Of a stretch of DNA of 64,000 bases, positions 9,836-18,462 are shown piece by piece. Every line of letters begins with the position of its first letter. Position 1 is the stretch's first letter. The notes under the pieces are model-generated. The model was not told the origin of the DNA. It was given only the letters and a program-made list of their open reading frames with translations, and searched no databases. Both the position numbers and the translations under genes were made by a program. Source of the DNA: Candidatus Wildermuthbacteria bacterium (GTDB lineage Bacteria; Patescibacteriota; Minisyncoccia; Minisyncoccales; UBA10102); assembly GCA_016186115.1 (NCBI GenBank), contig JACPMK010000003.1, forward strand, positions 154,470-218,469, in the 5' to 3' direction.

Positions 9836-11073
9836 AAACAGCATTGCTGATTTCATATTTTTTCCCACCAATTCAAAATCCGGAAAGTGTTATGTCTCTG
9901 CATCTTGCAAAATATTTATCACGATTGGGCTGGAAAATAATAATTCTTTGCGTTGATAAACCCGGGCGGGGAGGAATGGATTTTTCGCTCGATTCCGAGA
10001 TCCCAAGCAATGCGGTTGTCTATCGAACATCGGGCTTCGAGAATTTCATTACGCGCATTCTATTTTATTTTTGGATCTTGCCCGATAGTAAAATCGGCTG
10101 GTATTTTTCCGGGTTGAAAAAAGCACGGCAGATTATCCAAGAGCATCGCGTGGATATCATTATTTCCCGCTCTACCCCAATAGCTTCTCATTTGATTGCC
10201 CTTCGACTTAAGCGCACATCACAACTTCCTTGGATTGCTTGTTTTTCAGACCCATGGGTGTTGAATCCCTATACGGCTTACCCCTGCGCATTGTTTCGAA
10301 AGCCCCAAGAGTATCTGGAAAAAACCGTTCTTTTCAATGCGGAGAGAATCATTGTCACCAATGAGCAAACAAAGCAATTATTTTTAGAAAATTATCCCTT
10401 GGGGGAAAAAATAAGAGTGATTTCAAATTCGTATGATCCCGAAGTTATCCCAAGACAAGGGAGCGCGCCAAAGAATAAAAATCTTGTGATTACCCATACG
10501 GGAAATTTTTATGGCAAGAGATCGCCAGAGCCGTTTTTCAAAGCATTGGCAGCGGTAATCTTGAAGCAAGAGTTTCGGAATACAATTAGTGTTCAGCTAT
10601 TTGGATCAATTGGTCCTTTCCAAAATCTTATTTCGCAGTATCACCTTAATGAAACTGTTCATATACGTAATGCTGTTTCACGAAGAGAGGCGTTACGTCA
10701 TCTTGGAGATTCGGATATACTTTTACTTATTGATGCCGTGCATAAGGGAGAAAGTCCATTTTTACCGTCTAAATTAATGGATTACATTGGTATTGGGAAA
10801 CCTATTTTAGCCATTACTCCAAAGGGAGCAAGCATGGACGTTATGAAAATTACCAAAACAGGAGTTGCTGTGTTGCCTGACGATAGAGAAGGGATTCAAA
10901 AAGCAATTATGCAGTATGTGACATCGTGGCAACAAGGGCAACTGCAAGGAGAGCCGGACTGGAGTGAAATTCAGAAATACAGTGCGCCAATCCTGGCGCA
11001 AAGATTTTCTGAATATATGCAGGAAGTAATAGATCAATCAGGATCATTCTCGACGACCCATGCGAAAATTTGA
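9832..11073 (+). CDS. Glycosyltransferase, GT4/GT-B fold
   Basis: ISYFFPP, FSDPW, HTGNFYGKR, PSKLMDY. Confidence 0.85.
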   Translation: MKTALLISYFFPPIQNPESVMSLHLAKYLSRLGWKIIILCVDKPGRGGMDFSLDSEIPSNAVVYRTSGFENFITRILFYFWILPDSKIGWYFSGLKKARQIIQEHRVDIIISRSTPIASHLIALRLKRTSQLPWIACFSDPWVLNPYTAYPCALFRKPQEYLEKTVLFNAERIIVTNEQTKQLFLENYPLGEKIRVISNSYDPEVIPRQGSAPKNKNLVITHTGNFYGKRSPEPFFKALAAVILKQEFRNTISVQLFGSIGPFQNLISQYHLNETVHIRNAVSRREALRHLGDSDILLLIDAVHKGESPFLPSKLMDYIGIGKPILAITPKGASMDVMKITKTGVAVLPDDREGIQKAIMQYVTSWQQGQLQGEPDWSEIQKYSAPILAQRFSEYMQEVIDQSGSFSTTHAKI

Positions 11074-11917
11074 GGCACATCTAGCTGCTTTATTTTGCCC
11101 CCATCTTTATACGAGATGGCTGTATCGTCATAACAAAGGAAAACAGGATTGGGGCGACAAGAAAGCATGCCTTACTCTTTCTTTTGACTGCGATTATGTG
11201 GAAGATATATACGCCTTGCCAAAGGTTCTTGATCTTCTTCGTGCTCACTCATTCAAGGCATCCTTTGCCTGCGTTGGGAAACTGATTGAGCAATATCCTT
11301 CTGAACATAAAAGTATTATTGCAGAGGGTCACGAAATAGTAAATCATACCTATACCCATCCGAATCATGAAAAGCTCAACCCTAGCCATACATTTAACGA
11401 GCTTACTTTTGAGCAACAGCAGGAAGAAATTGCCAAGTGTCACAAGGTTTGTGAGAATGTGTTGAATTACTCGCCGATCGGGTTTCGCACACCTCATTTT
11501 GGAATGTTGCATACCAAGAGAGTATATCAAATCTTAAAGGAAGCGGGATATGCATATTCTTCGTCCTTGGCTTTGATTCAGAGTTCAACATATGGCATGC
11601 CCTTTTTTGAACAGGGAATACGAGAAATCCCGGTCAGCATTTGCCCAAAGCATCCATTTAGCGTGTTCGATACTTGGCATTCCTTCGCCCGTGGAAGAGG
11701 CAGGCATGAGGGTAAGAACGACTGGGTTCGTACTTTTTGCGAACTGGTTGAGCTTGGTGTCCAGACCAATTCTTACCTTAATGTATATTTTGATCCACAG
11801 GATGTAGCAAGCCGGAAAGAATTTCAGACAATACTTGAGTATCTTGAAGAGAAAAGAGATACTATTACAGTAACTCCTTACGAGAAACTTCATCGAGAGA
11901 TTTATGCAACAGCATGA
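11060..11917 (+). CDS. Polysaccharide deacetylase (NodB/CE4)
   Basis: LTLSFDCD, GHEIVNHTYTHP, GFRTPH. Confidence 0.88.
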   Translation: MRKFEAHLAALFCPHLYTRWLYRHNKGKQDWGDKKACLTLSFDCDYVEDIYALPKVLDLLRAHSFKASFACVGKLIEQYPSEHKSIIAEGHEIVNHTYTHPNHEKLNPSHTFNELTFEQQQEEIAKCHKVCENVLNYSPIGFRTPHFGMLHTKRVYQILKEAGYAYSSSLALIQSSTYGMPFFEQGIREIPVSICPKHPFSVFDTWHSFARGRGRHEGKNDWVRTFCELVELGVQTNSYLNVYFDPQDVASRKEFQTILEYLEEKRDTITVTPYEKLHREIYATA

Positions 11918-12584
11918 CATTGAACAAGCTATTGCGGAAAGGTTTGACGCATTGGCCGACCGATTTCCGGAAGAGTTGGATCCTGAAGATTTTCGTATGC
12001 GCGTAGTAGCAGATTTTTTTGGAGAGATCAAGGGCGCGAAGGTATTGGATGTGGGATGTGCGAAAGGGAGGTTTGCCAAAGCGCTTGCAAAACTGGATGC
12101 GAAAGTGGTTGGAGTGGATTCTTCGGAGAAATTAATCGAGAGTGCACGGGTGAATGTTCCAATCGCTGAATTTTTTGTAGGTTCTGCGACACATCTCGAT
12201 TTTCAAAACAATGCCTTCGATCGTGTCTTATGTGTTGAGACTTTAGAGCATATCCCAGATATTGAAAAAGCAATTGCAGAAATGATGCGCGTTGTAAAAT
12301 CGGGAGGCAAAGTACTTATCATTGATAAAAATAAATTTTCTTTTCATCCTACCATTTTCATTCCCCGCCTCGCGTTGAAAACCCTGATGGAGTATTGTAA
12401 TCAGTGGTTTTATCCAAGAAATTTCCCATTTCACGAGCAGTGGTTTTCAAATCACACGATCGAACAGATGCTTGAAAAATATGCCTCGCGCGTGGAAAGT
12501 TCATACCTAAAAGACACAGAGAATAAGCTCTTTTCTTTTCTCCCCTTTCTTAATTTTTTTATTGCATGGAAAGCGATCAAATAA
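11904..12584 (+). CDS. Class I SAM-dependent methyltransferase
   Basis: VLDVGCAKG, ETLEHIPD, VKSGG. Confidence 0.9.
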   Translation: MQQHDIEQAIAERFDALADRFPEELDPEDFRMRVVADFFGEIKGAKVLDVGCAKGRFAKALAKLDAKVVGVDSSEKLIESARVNVPIAEFFVGSATHLDFQNNAFDRVLCVETLEHIPDIEKAIAEMMRVVKSGGKVLIIDKNKFSFHPTIFIPRLALKTLMEYCNQWFYPRNFPFHEQWFSNHTIEQMLEKYASRVESSYLKDTENKLFSFLPFLNFFIAWKAIK

Positions 12585-13297
12585 TGAAAAATCCGCCACC
12601 TTCTTTGTGGAATGATGTATATCATAGGTATAGCGGCTTTGATTTGGTGAATGAGTATATTTATTCTAAACTCAAGAATATTTTAGATCAGTATATCAAA
12701 AGCAAAGATCGCATTCTCGAGGCTGGCTGCGGATCCGGATATATGGTTGCGCATTTTCAGCAAAAGGGGCATCTATCTGTAGGATTGGATTTGTATGAAG
12801 AACCTCTCCGTGTGGCGCGAGAGGTTTTTGGGGTGCAACATACCGTCCGAGGAAATATTTTTCGCATGCCATTTGAAGATTCTTCTTTTGATATTGTTTG
12901 GAATGAAGGTGTGTTGGAACATTTTTCGATTCAGCAATCAATTGAAGCGGCCAAAGAGATGAAGAGGGTTGCCAAAAGATATGTTATTATTGACGTACCC
13001 AATCGATATAATCTTTTCGTTGTCAAGAAACACCTTATGCGTTTTTTGGGGAAATGGCCGTATGGCTACGAAGAGTCATATTCGAGAAAACGTCTGCGAT
13101 ATCTCATGGAGCAGGCAGGATTGGAGGTGATGGGGATGCATGGGATCTATATTGCTCCTCCTCTCGTTCCTTTACTGCCTCAAAGAGTGCGTTCTTTTTT
13201 TCTTCAAAAAATTTCTTTTATTGAAGATCGCTATCCCGGATTCACCCGGTTATTTGGTTTTCACTTGCTGATGATTGGTAAGACCAATAAAGAATAA
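12584..13297 (+). CDS. Class I SAM-dependent methyltransferase
   Basis: ILEAGCGSG, FDIVWNEGVLEH; start coupled to the upstream stop (TAATG). Confidence 0.9.
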   Translation: MKNPPPSLWNDVYHRYSGFDLVNEYIYSKLKNILDQYIKSKDRILEAGCGSGYMVAHFQQKGHLSVGLDLYEEPLRVAREVFGVQHTVRGNIFRMPFEDSSFDIVWNEGVLEHFSIQQSIEAAKEMKRVAKRYVIIDVPNRYNLFVVKKHLMRFLGKWPYGYEESYSRKRLRYLMEQAGLEVMGMHGIYIAPPLVPLLPQRVRSFFLQKISFIEDRYPGFTRLFGFHLLMIGKTNKE

Positions 13298-13317
13298 AGA
13301 CAACTCTATTTTGGACA

Positions 13318-14280
13318 ATGGATACAAAGAGTAAACATTTCCTGTCGATCGTGTACTTTGGGGGTGGTTGGCCTACCAATATTGGTAATGCTTTTATTGA
13401 TCTCGGATCGATGCATTCTTTACGATCAGCATGCCCAAGTGTTACCGTACATTTTGCAAGCGAAATGCCCAAATGGTTTTTTCATATGCAAGGAAGAGAT
13501 GTGCGGTATACATTTGATATTGCAAGCGTTACAAATGCTGACTACATTGTTGTCTCTGGGATGGTCTGTTGCGATGAGTTTATCCAACTGCACGGGCAAA
13601 CGATTTCTGCTGCAGTCGAGCGCGGTACCCGTTTGGTTATTAATGGGGCAGGAGGAGCAGAGTATACCAAGAGAGAAATACAAAATTTCAGGAATTTTTT
13701 GAAGAAAAATCGTCCCTACGCTTTTATTTCTCGCGACACACGTTCTTTTGAGAACTATTGTGATCTCGCGGAGCATGCCTATAACGGCATTGACTGCGGA
13801 TTTTTTGTTTCAGATTATTTCTCGCCCGCAAAACTCAATTTACCCAAGTATGTGATTTTCAATTTTGACGCAACGAATATCCAGAAGTTTGTACGCGTTA
13901 TTCGGAAACGTTCTCTTCTCCAGTCGTCTCCTCGTCTTCCAAATGTTAAGGATAGAATGATTGTGAGAACTCATCATTCATGCTGGAAAATCCCGTATTC
14001 TCATTTTCGGGACCCCGATACATTTATTTCTGACATTCCGGAAGATTACCTTAACTTATACGCGAATACCCAAGCCACCTATTCTGATCGTGTTCATGCG
14101 TGCGTGGCAACGCTGGCATTCGGCAAGCCGGCAATGCTTTTTTCTTCGACGTCGCGGGGGTCTTTGTTTGAAAAAATAAACGCCTCTCACATTCATGAGG
14201 AGCTTGTCTATCCCAACGAAGAGATCATAAAAGAGGAAAAGGCAAAGCAACTCGAGTTCCTGGCAGATATATTGCGTTAA
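13318..14280 (+). CDS. Polysaccharide pyruvyl transferase family protein
   Basis: NIGN, ISRDTRS, SDRVHACVATLAFGKP. Confidence 0.8.
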   Translation: MDTKSKHFLSIVYFGGGWPTNIGNAFIDLGSMHSLRSACPSVTVHFASEMPKWFFHMQGRDVRYTFDIASVTNADYIVVSGMVCCDEFIQLHGQTISAAVERGTRLVINGAGGAEYTKREIQNFRNFLKKNRPYAFISRDTRSFENYCDLAEHAYNGIDCGFFVSDYFSPAKLNLPKYVIFNFDATNIQKFVRVIRKRSLLQSSPRLPNVKDRMIVRTHHSCWKIPYSHFRDPDTFISDIPEDYLNLYANTQATYSDRVHACVATLAFGKPAMLFSSTSRGSLFEKINASHIHEELVYPNEEIIKEEKAKQLEFLADILR

Positions 14281-14311
14281 TGTACGATTTTTTATAGCTT
14301 CAACAAACTCC

Positions 14312-15457
14312 ATGGCTTTAAAAATTCGAGTTACTTTTTTTCTTTCTACGCTTGAATTTGGGGGAGCAGAACGGATTACCATAAATCTTATTCAGAATCT
14401 TCATCCAGATTTTTTTGATATTGTACTGCTTGTGAAAAAACGCACGGGAGATTTTCAAAAGGAAATTCCTTCCTATGCAAAAATATTAGATTTGCATTCT
14501 GCAAATCCCTGTATCGTATTTTGGAAATTGGTGAGATATTTTCGTAGCCAACAGCCAGATATTTTTATTTCTCATTTTACCTATACCAATCTTCTTGCAA
14601 CCGGGGCCAAGATTTGTGCCCAAGCGAAAACAAAACTCATTCTTACCGAACATACGCCTTTTTCTCAAACCGTCGTTGATGCAAGATCATTGTTCAGAAA
14701 GATTCTTGCCCGATGGGTTACGCCCTCCATTATGAAAATGCTCTACCCCAAAGCTGATATGGTGGTATGTGTTTCGCAAGGAGTTGCTCAAGATCTCAAA
14801 AGATTGCTTGCGCCGAAGGCCTGCTCTCAACAAGTGATCTATAGCCCGATTGTCGGCAATTCCATATTGCAGTTTGCACAAGAAGAAGTGAGCCATCCTT
14901 GGTTTCAAGATGTGAAGAGTATCCCCATTGTTTTAAGCGTTGGTCGGATGATTAGAGCAAAAGATTACCCTACTTTACTAAAGGCCTTTCAGATGCTACG
15001 AAAGAAGAGAAGCGTTAGGCTTATTTTGATTGGAGAAGGCCCTGAAAGAAAGAAATTAGAACATCTCGCGAGGGAGTTGGACATTTCCAAGGATACCGCT
15101 TTTGCCGGCTTTCAGCGGAATCCCTATGCATATATGAAGAGATCCACCCTTTTTGTTCTGTCTTCGATACGCGAGGGGTTTCCCACGGCGTTAGTGGAGG
15201 CAATGGCTTGCGGGGTGCCGGTGGTATCGACCGATTGCAATACTGGGCCAAGAGAAATCATTCGACACGGGGAGAATGGATTTTTGGTAAGCGTGAAAGA
15301 TGCTCAAGGGCTTGCCGGGGCATTAGAAATCCTTTTGAACAGTACCTCATTGCAATCGCAGTTCTCCATTCGAGGGAGAGAGCGTGCACAGGATTTTTCC
15401 ATCGAAAAAAGCATGAAGAGTTATGAATATCTTTTTCAAAAATTAGTACAAAGTTGA
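14312..15457 (+). CDS. Glycosyltransferase family 4
   Basis: GGAER, EGFPTALVEAMACGVPVV. Confidence 0.92.
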   Translation: MALKIRVTFFLSTLEFGGAERITINLIQNLHPDFFDIVLLVKKRTGDFQKEIPSYAKILDLHSANPCIVFWKLVRYFRSQQPDIFISHFTYTNLLATGAKICAQAKTKLILTEHTPFSQTVVDARSLFRKILARWVTPSIMKMLYPKADMVVCVSQGVAQDLKRLLAPKACSQQVIYSPIVGNSILQFAQEEVSHPWFQDVKSIPIVLSVGRMIRAKDYPTLLKAFQMLRKKRSVRLILIGEGPERKKLEHLARELDISKDTAFAGFQRNPYAYMKRSTLFVLSSIREGFPTALVEAMACGVPVVSTDCNTGPREIIRHGENGFLVSVKDAQGLAGALEILLNSTSLQSQFSIRGRERAQDFSIEKSMKSYEYLFQKLVQS

Positions 15458-15458
15458 T

Positions 15459-16796
15459 ATGATGGGGGCGAATTTTCCATTGCGAAAAATAATGATTTTG
15501 GCAGTAGGCGGAGTATTCATAGGGGGGATTGGGATCTTGGTTGCTTTTGATCCGGGGTTGGCGATAAGCACGATATTGCTTGCTTTGTTTGCTGCTGGGA
15601 GTCCCTTGATTGCCCGCTTGCTCGGAATACGATTCCATAAGCTTGTTTTCCAACTGTTTCTTTTTACACTTCTTTTCCATTTTGCAATTGCTGCGTTTTT
15701 GTACTACACCCAGTTCACTCCTTTTGGAGGAGTAGGGGATTATATTTTGTACCATGAGGTGGCAACGCAGGCAGCAGAGCGAATGCGCGAAGGGAATTTT
15801 TCGATGCAGGGTCTTGATACCTCCCATTACTACCCTTTTGTGATCGGGGCAGTGTATGCTTTGACTATTCCAGCTGAAATGATAGGCAACACCGTGAGCG
15901 TAGGACTGGCTGCCATTACCGCGTTGCTTATATACGCTGTTGTGTTAAAGATGGGTGGAAAAGAAAAAATGGCTTTCTGGATAAGCATCTTCACCACAAG
16001 TTTTTATCCAAGTTATGTGTATTACGGAAGTTTGTTGCTGAAAGATACGCTGGTGATCCCACTCGTACTTCTTGGAGTTCTACTGATGATGAATTTGATG
16101 GAACGTTTTTCTGTGAAAGGATTTATTGGATTTTGTTTGATCCTTATCGCTTTATTCCCCTTAAGAATTTATGTGGGTTTTGCAATGCTGTTCACCTTTA
16201 TAATCTCATGGGTATTGTTTTCAAAAGTTCACTTGATCAAAAAAATTATTTTGGGCGCAGGTGTCTTATACCTTGTACTTTTTATTCCTTCGTTCTCCGG
16301 GCATACCTTTGGAGGATTTGATGTGTTGCAGACCTACATGAGTGAATCGTGGGTGTCTTACTATCGTCAAGACGCCTATGTTGGGTCTGGTTCCACGGTA
16401 GAAGCTGCGGATATATTCGGTGGCCCTAGTCAATTTATTCGGGGTCTTCTCGGCTCATTTATGGTTGTACTGTTGGGGCCTCTTCCTTGGCAGGTTACGG
16501 CATGGAGACAGATGTTGGGCTTAGGAGAAGTTTTGTTATGGTATTTCGCTCTGCCATTTATTGCGTTGGCATTTTTCACCCCGCTCCTGAAAAAGAGAAT
16601 GGTATTCATTCTTGTGATATTTAGCATTCTTTTGTTTGGCGTTTTAAGCGTATATGTTTCTAACATGGGTATTATCACAAGGATTAGAATGCCCGCCTTT
16701 ATTTTGCTTTTTTCGCTTTTACCGTTTGGACTGTATCTGGTGCATCAAAAAATTTTTGGCTCCCGTTATTTCCCAATTGAACCCACAGTCCATTAA
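15459..16796 (+). CDS. Wzy-like polymerase / GT-C multi-pass membrane protein
   Basis: About 11 TM segments, LLLKD motif, NMGIITRIR; located in a Wzx/Wzz locus. Confidence 0.7.
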   Translation: MMGANFPLRKIMILAVGGVFIGGIGILVAFDPGLAISTILLALFAAGSPLIARLLGIRFHKLVFQLFLFTLLFHFAIAAFLYYTQFTPFGGVGDYILYHEVATQAAERMREGNFSMQGLDTSHYYPFVIGAVYALTIPAEMIGNTVSVGLAAITALLIYAVVLKMGGKEKMAFWISIFTTSFYPSYVYYGSLLLKDTLVIPLVLLGVLLMMNLMERFSVKGFIGFCLILIALFPLRIYVGFAMLFTFIISWVLFSKVHLIKKIILGAGVLYLVLFIPSFSGHTFGGFDVLQTYMSESWVSYYRQDAYVGSGSTVEAADIFGGPSQFIRGLLGSFMVVLLGPLPWQVTAWRQMLGLGEVLLWYFALPFIALAFFTPLLKKRMVFILVIFSILLFGVLSVYVSNMGIITRIRMPAFILLFSLLPFGLYLVHQKIFGSRYFPIEPTVH

Positions 16797-16810
16797 ATGC
16801 ATATTGCTTT

Positions 16811-17527
16811 ATGAAAAACCTTTACGATTTTTATTTCCAGTCCCATTTTCAGCGCTTGAATAATTTATCAGAGCAGGGCTACGATCGTTCTGCCCGTTAT
16901 TATCGGTCGTATTATGAGAATCTTTTGCCTCGAGATAAGCAAAGCGCAATTCTTGATGCAGGATGTGGGCTTGGTCAGTTCATTCATTTTTTGCAGAAAG
17001 AGGGGTATACAAATTACTATGGGATTGACCTTGCTTCAGATCATGTTGCGATTTGCAAGCGCCGGGGGTATCCAGTTGAGATTGCGGATATTTTTGAGTT
17101 TTTGCAAAATAAAAAACAAACTTTTGATCTCGTCGCCGCAAACGATGTACTGGAGCACATTCCGAAAACAAGAACAATGGAATTTCTCGCGGTTATTTTC
17201 CATGCGCTCAAGGATAACGGAACCATTCTTTTGAAGGTGCCGAATATGTCGAATCCCTTTGGGCTGATGGATCGCTATCAGGACTTTACTCACGAAGTAG
17301 GGTTTACAGAATTTAGCTTATCTGAAGTATTGGCAATGGCGGGGTTCAAGGATATTCAGATAAAGGGAGCGGCTTATCCGGTCATATCACTGCAGTCCGC
17401 GATTGGAAAGATAGCTGAACAAAGTTTGTATGCTATGTTGCGATTTCTGTTCCATATGCAAGGTCATGCAGTTCCTCGTATTATGGACAAGGATCTTATT
17501 GGGAAAGCAATAAAAAAACAACTATGA
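16811..17527 (+). CDS. Class I SAM-dependent methyltransferase
   Basis: ILDAGCGLG, DVLEH, VPN, DFTH. Confidence 0.9.
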   Translation: MKNLYDFYFQSHFQRLNNLSEQGYDRSARYYRSYYENLLPRDKQSAILDAGCGLGQFIHFLQKEGYTNYYGIDLASDHVAICKRRGYPVEIADIFEFLQNKKQTFDLVAANDVLEHIPKTRTMEFLAVIFHALKDNGTILLKVPNMSNPFGLMDRYQDFTHEVGFTEFSLSEVLAMAGFKDIQIKGAAYPVISLQSAIGKIAEQSLYAMLRFLFHMQGHAVPRIMDKDLIGKAIKKQL

Positions 17528-18462
17528 AGTATCTTGTGACGGGCGGCGCCGGTTTCATTGGCTCGCATATTGTGCAAAAAATTCTGGAGTCGGGGGATTT
17601 TGTAAGAGTAGTTGATAATTTTTCTACTGGCAAAACAGAAAATATCAAAGAATTTTTGGGAAATGAAAAATTTGATCTCATGGAAGGCGATCTCACGGAT
17701 TTTGCGATTGCAAAAAAAGCGGTGGAGGAAATAGATATTGTTTTGCATCAAGCGGCAATTCCCTCGGTGCCCCGTTCCATTGCAGATCCCATTCGATCTA
17801 CCAATGCGAACGTGATGGGAACGTTGCATATCTTGCTTGCAGCGCGCGATGCCGGAGTGAAACGGGTGGTGTACGCCTCTTCTTCTTCGATTTATGGCGA
17901 CAATCCTGCGCTTCCGAAAAGGGAAGATTTTCCGGTGCGTCCTATTTCTCCCTACGCCTTAACAAAATACGTGGGGGAGAGGTACGCCCAGATTTTTTGG
18001 AGCATCTATCAATTACCCACGCTATGTCTTAGATATTTTAATGTTTTTGGGCCAAAGCAAGATCCCCAGAGCCAATACGCTCCAGTCATGCCAAAATTTA
18101 TTACTGCATTGCTTAACGGAGAGCAGCCGCACATTTTTGGCGACGGAAGTCAATCAAGGGACTTCACCTATGTTGATAATGTGGTGCAGGCAAACTTGCT
18201 TGCAGCAAAAGCAGATAGCGGGTTTGGAGAAGTGTTCAACGTTGCCTGCGGCAAGGAAACAACGTTGAATGCCGTTGTCCAGATGATGTCTCGTATGATC
18301 GGCAGCAATGGTATGCCTGCGTATGAGCCAGCGCGGATAGGAGATGTGCCTCATTCTCTCGCAGACATCTCAAAAGCCAAGCAGATTCTGGGATATTCTC
18401 CTCATGTAGATATCGAAGAAGGCATCCGTCGTACTATTGAATGGTTTAAAGCACATGCCTAG
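17524..18462 (+). CDS. UDP-GlcNAc(A) 4-epimerase, WbpP/VipB-like SDR
   Basis: TGGAGFIGSH, HQAAIPSVPRS, YALTK, LRYFNVFGP. Confidence 0.9.
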   Translation: MKYLVTGGAGFIGSHIVQKILESGDFVRVVDNFSTGKTENIKEFLGNEKFDLMEGDLTDFAIAKKAVEEIDIVLHQAAIPSVPRSIADPIRSTNANVMGTLHILLAARDAGVKRVVYASSSSIYGDNPALPKREDFPVRPISPYALTKYVGERYAQIFWSIYQLPTLCLRYFNVFGPKQDPQSQYAPVMPKFITALLNGEQPHIFGDGSQSRDFTYVDNVVQANLLAAKADSGFGEVFNVACGKETTLNAVVQMMSRMIGSNGMPAYEPARIGDVPHSLADISKAKQILGYSPHVDIEEGIRRTIEWFKAHA

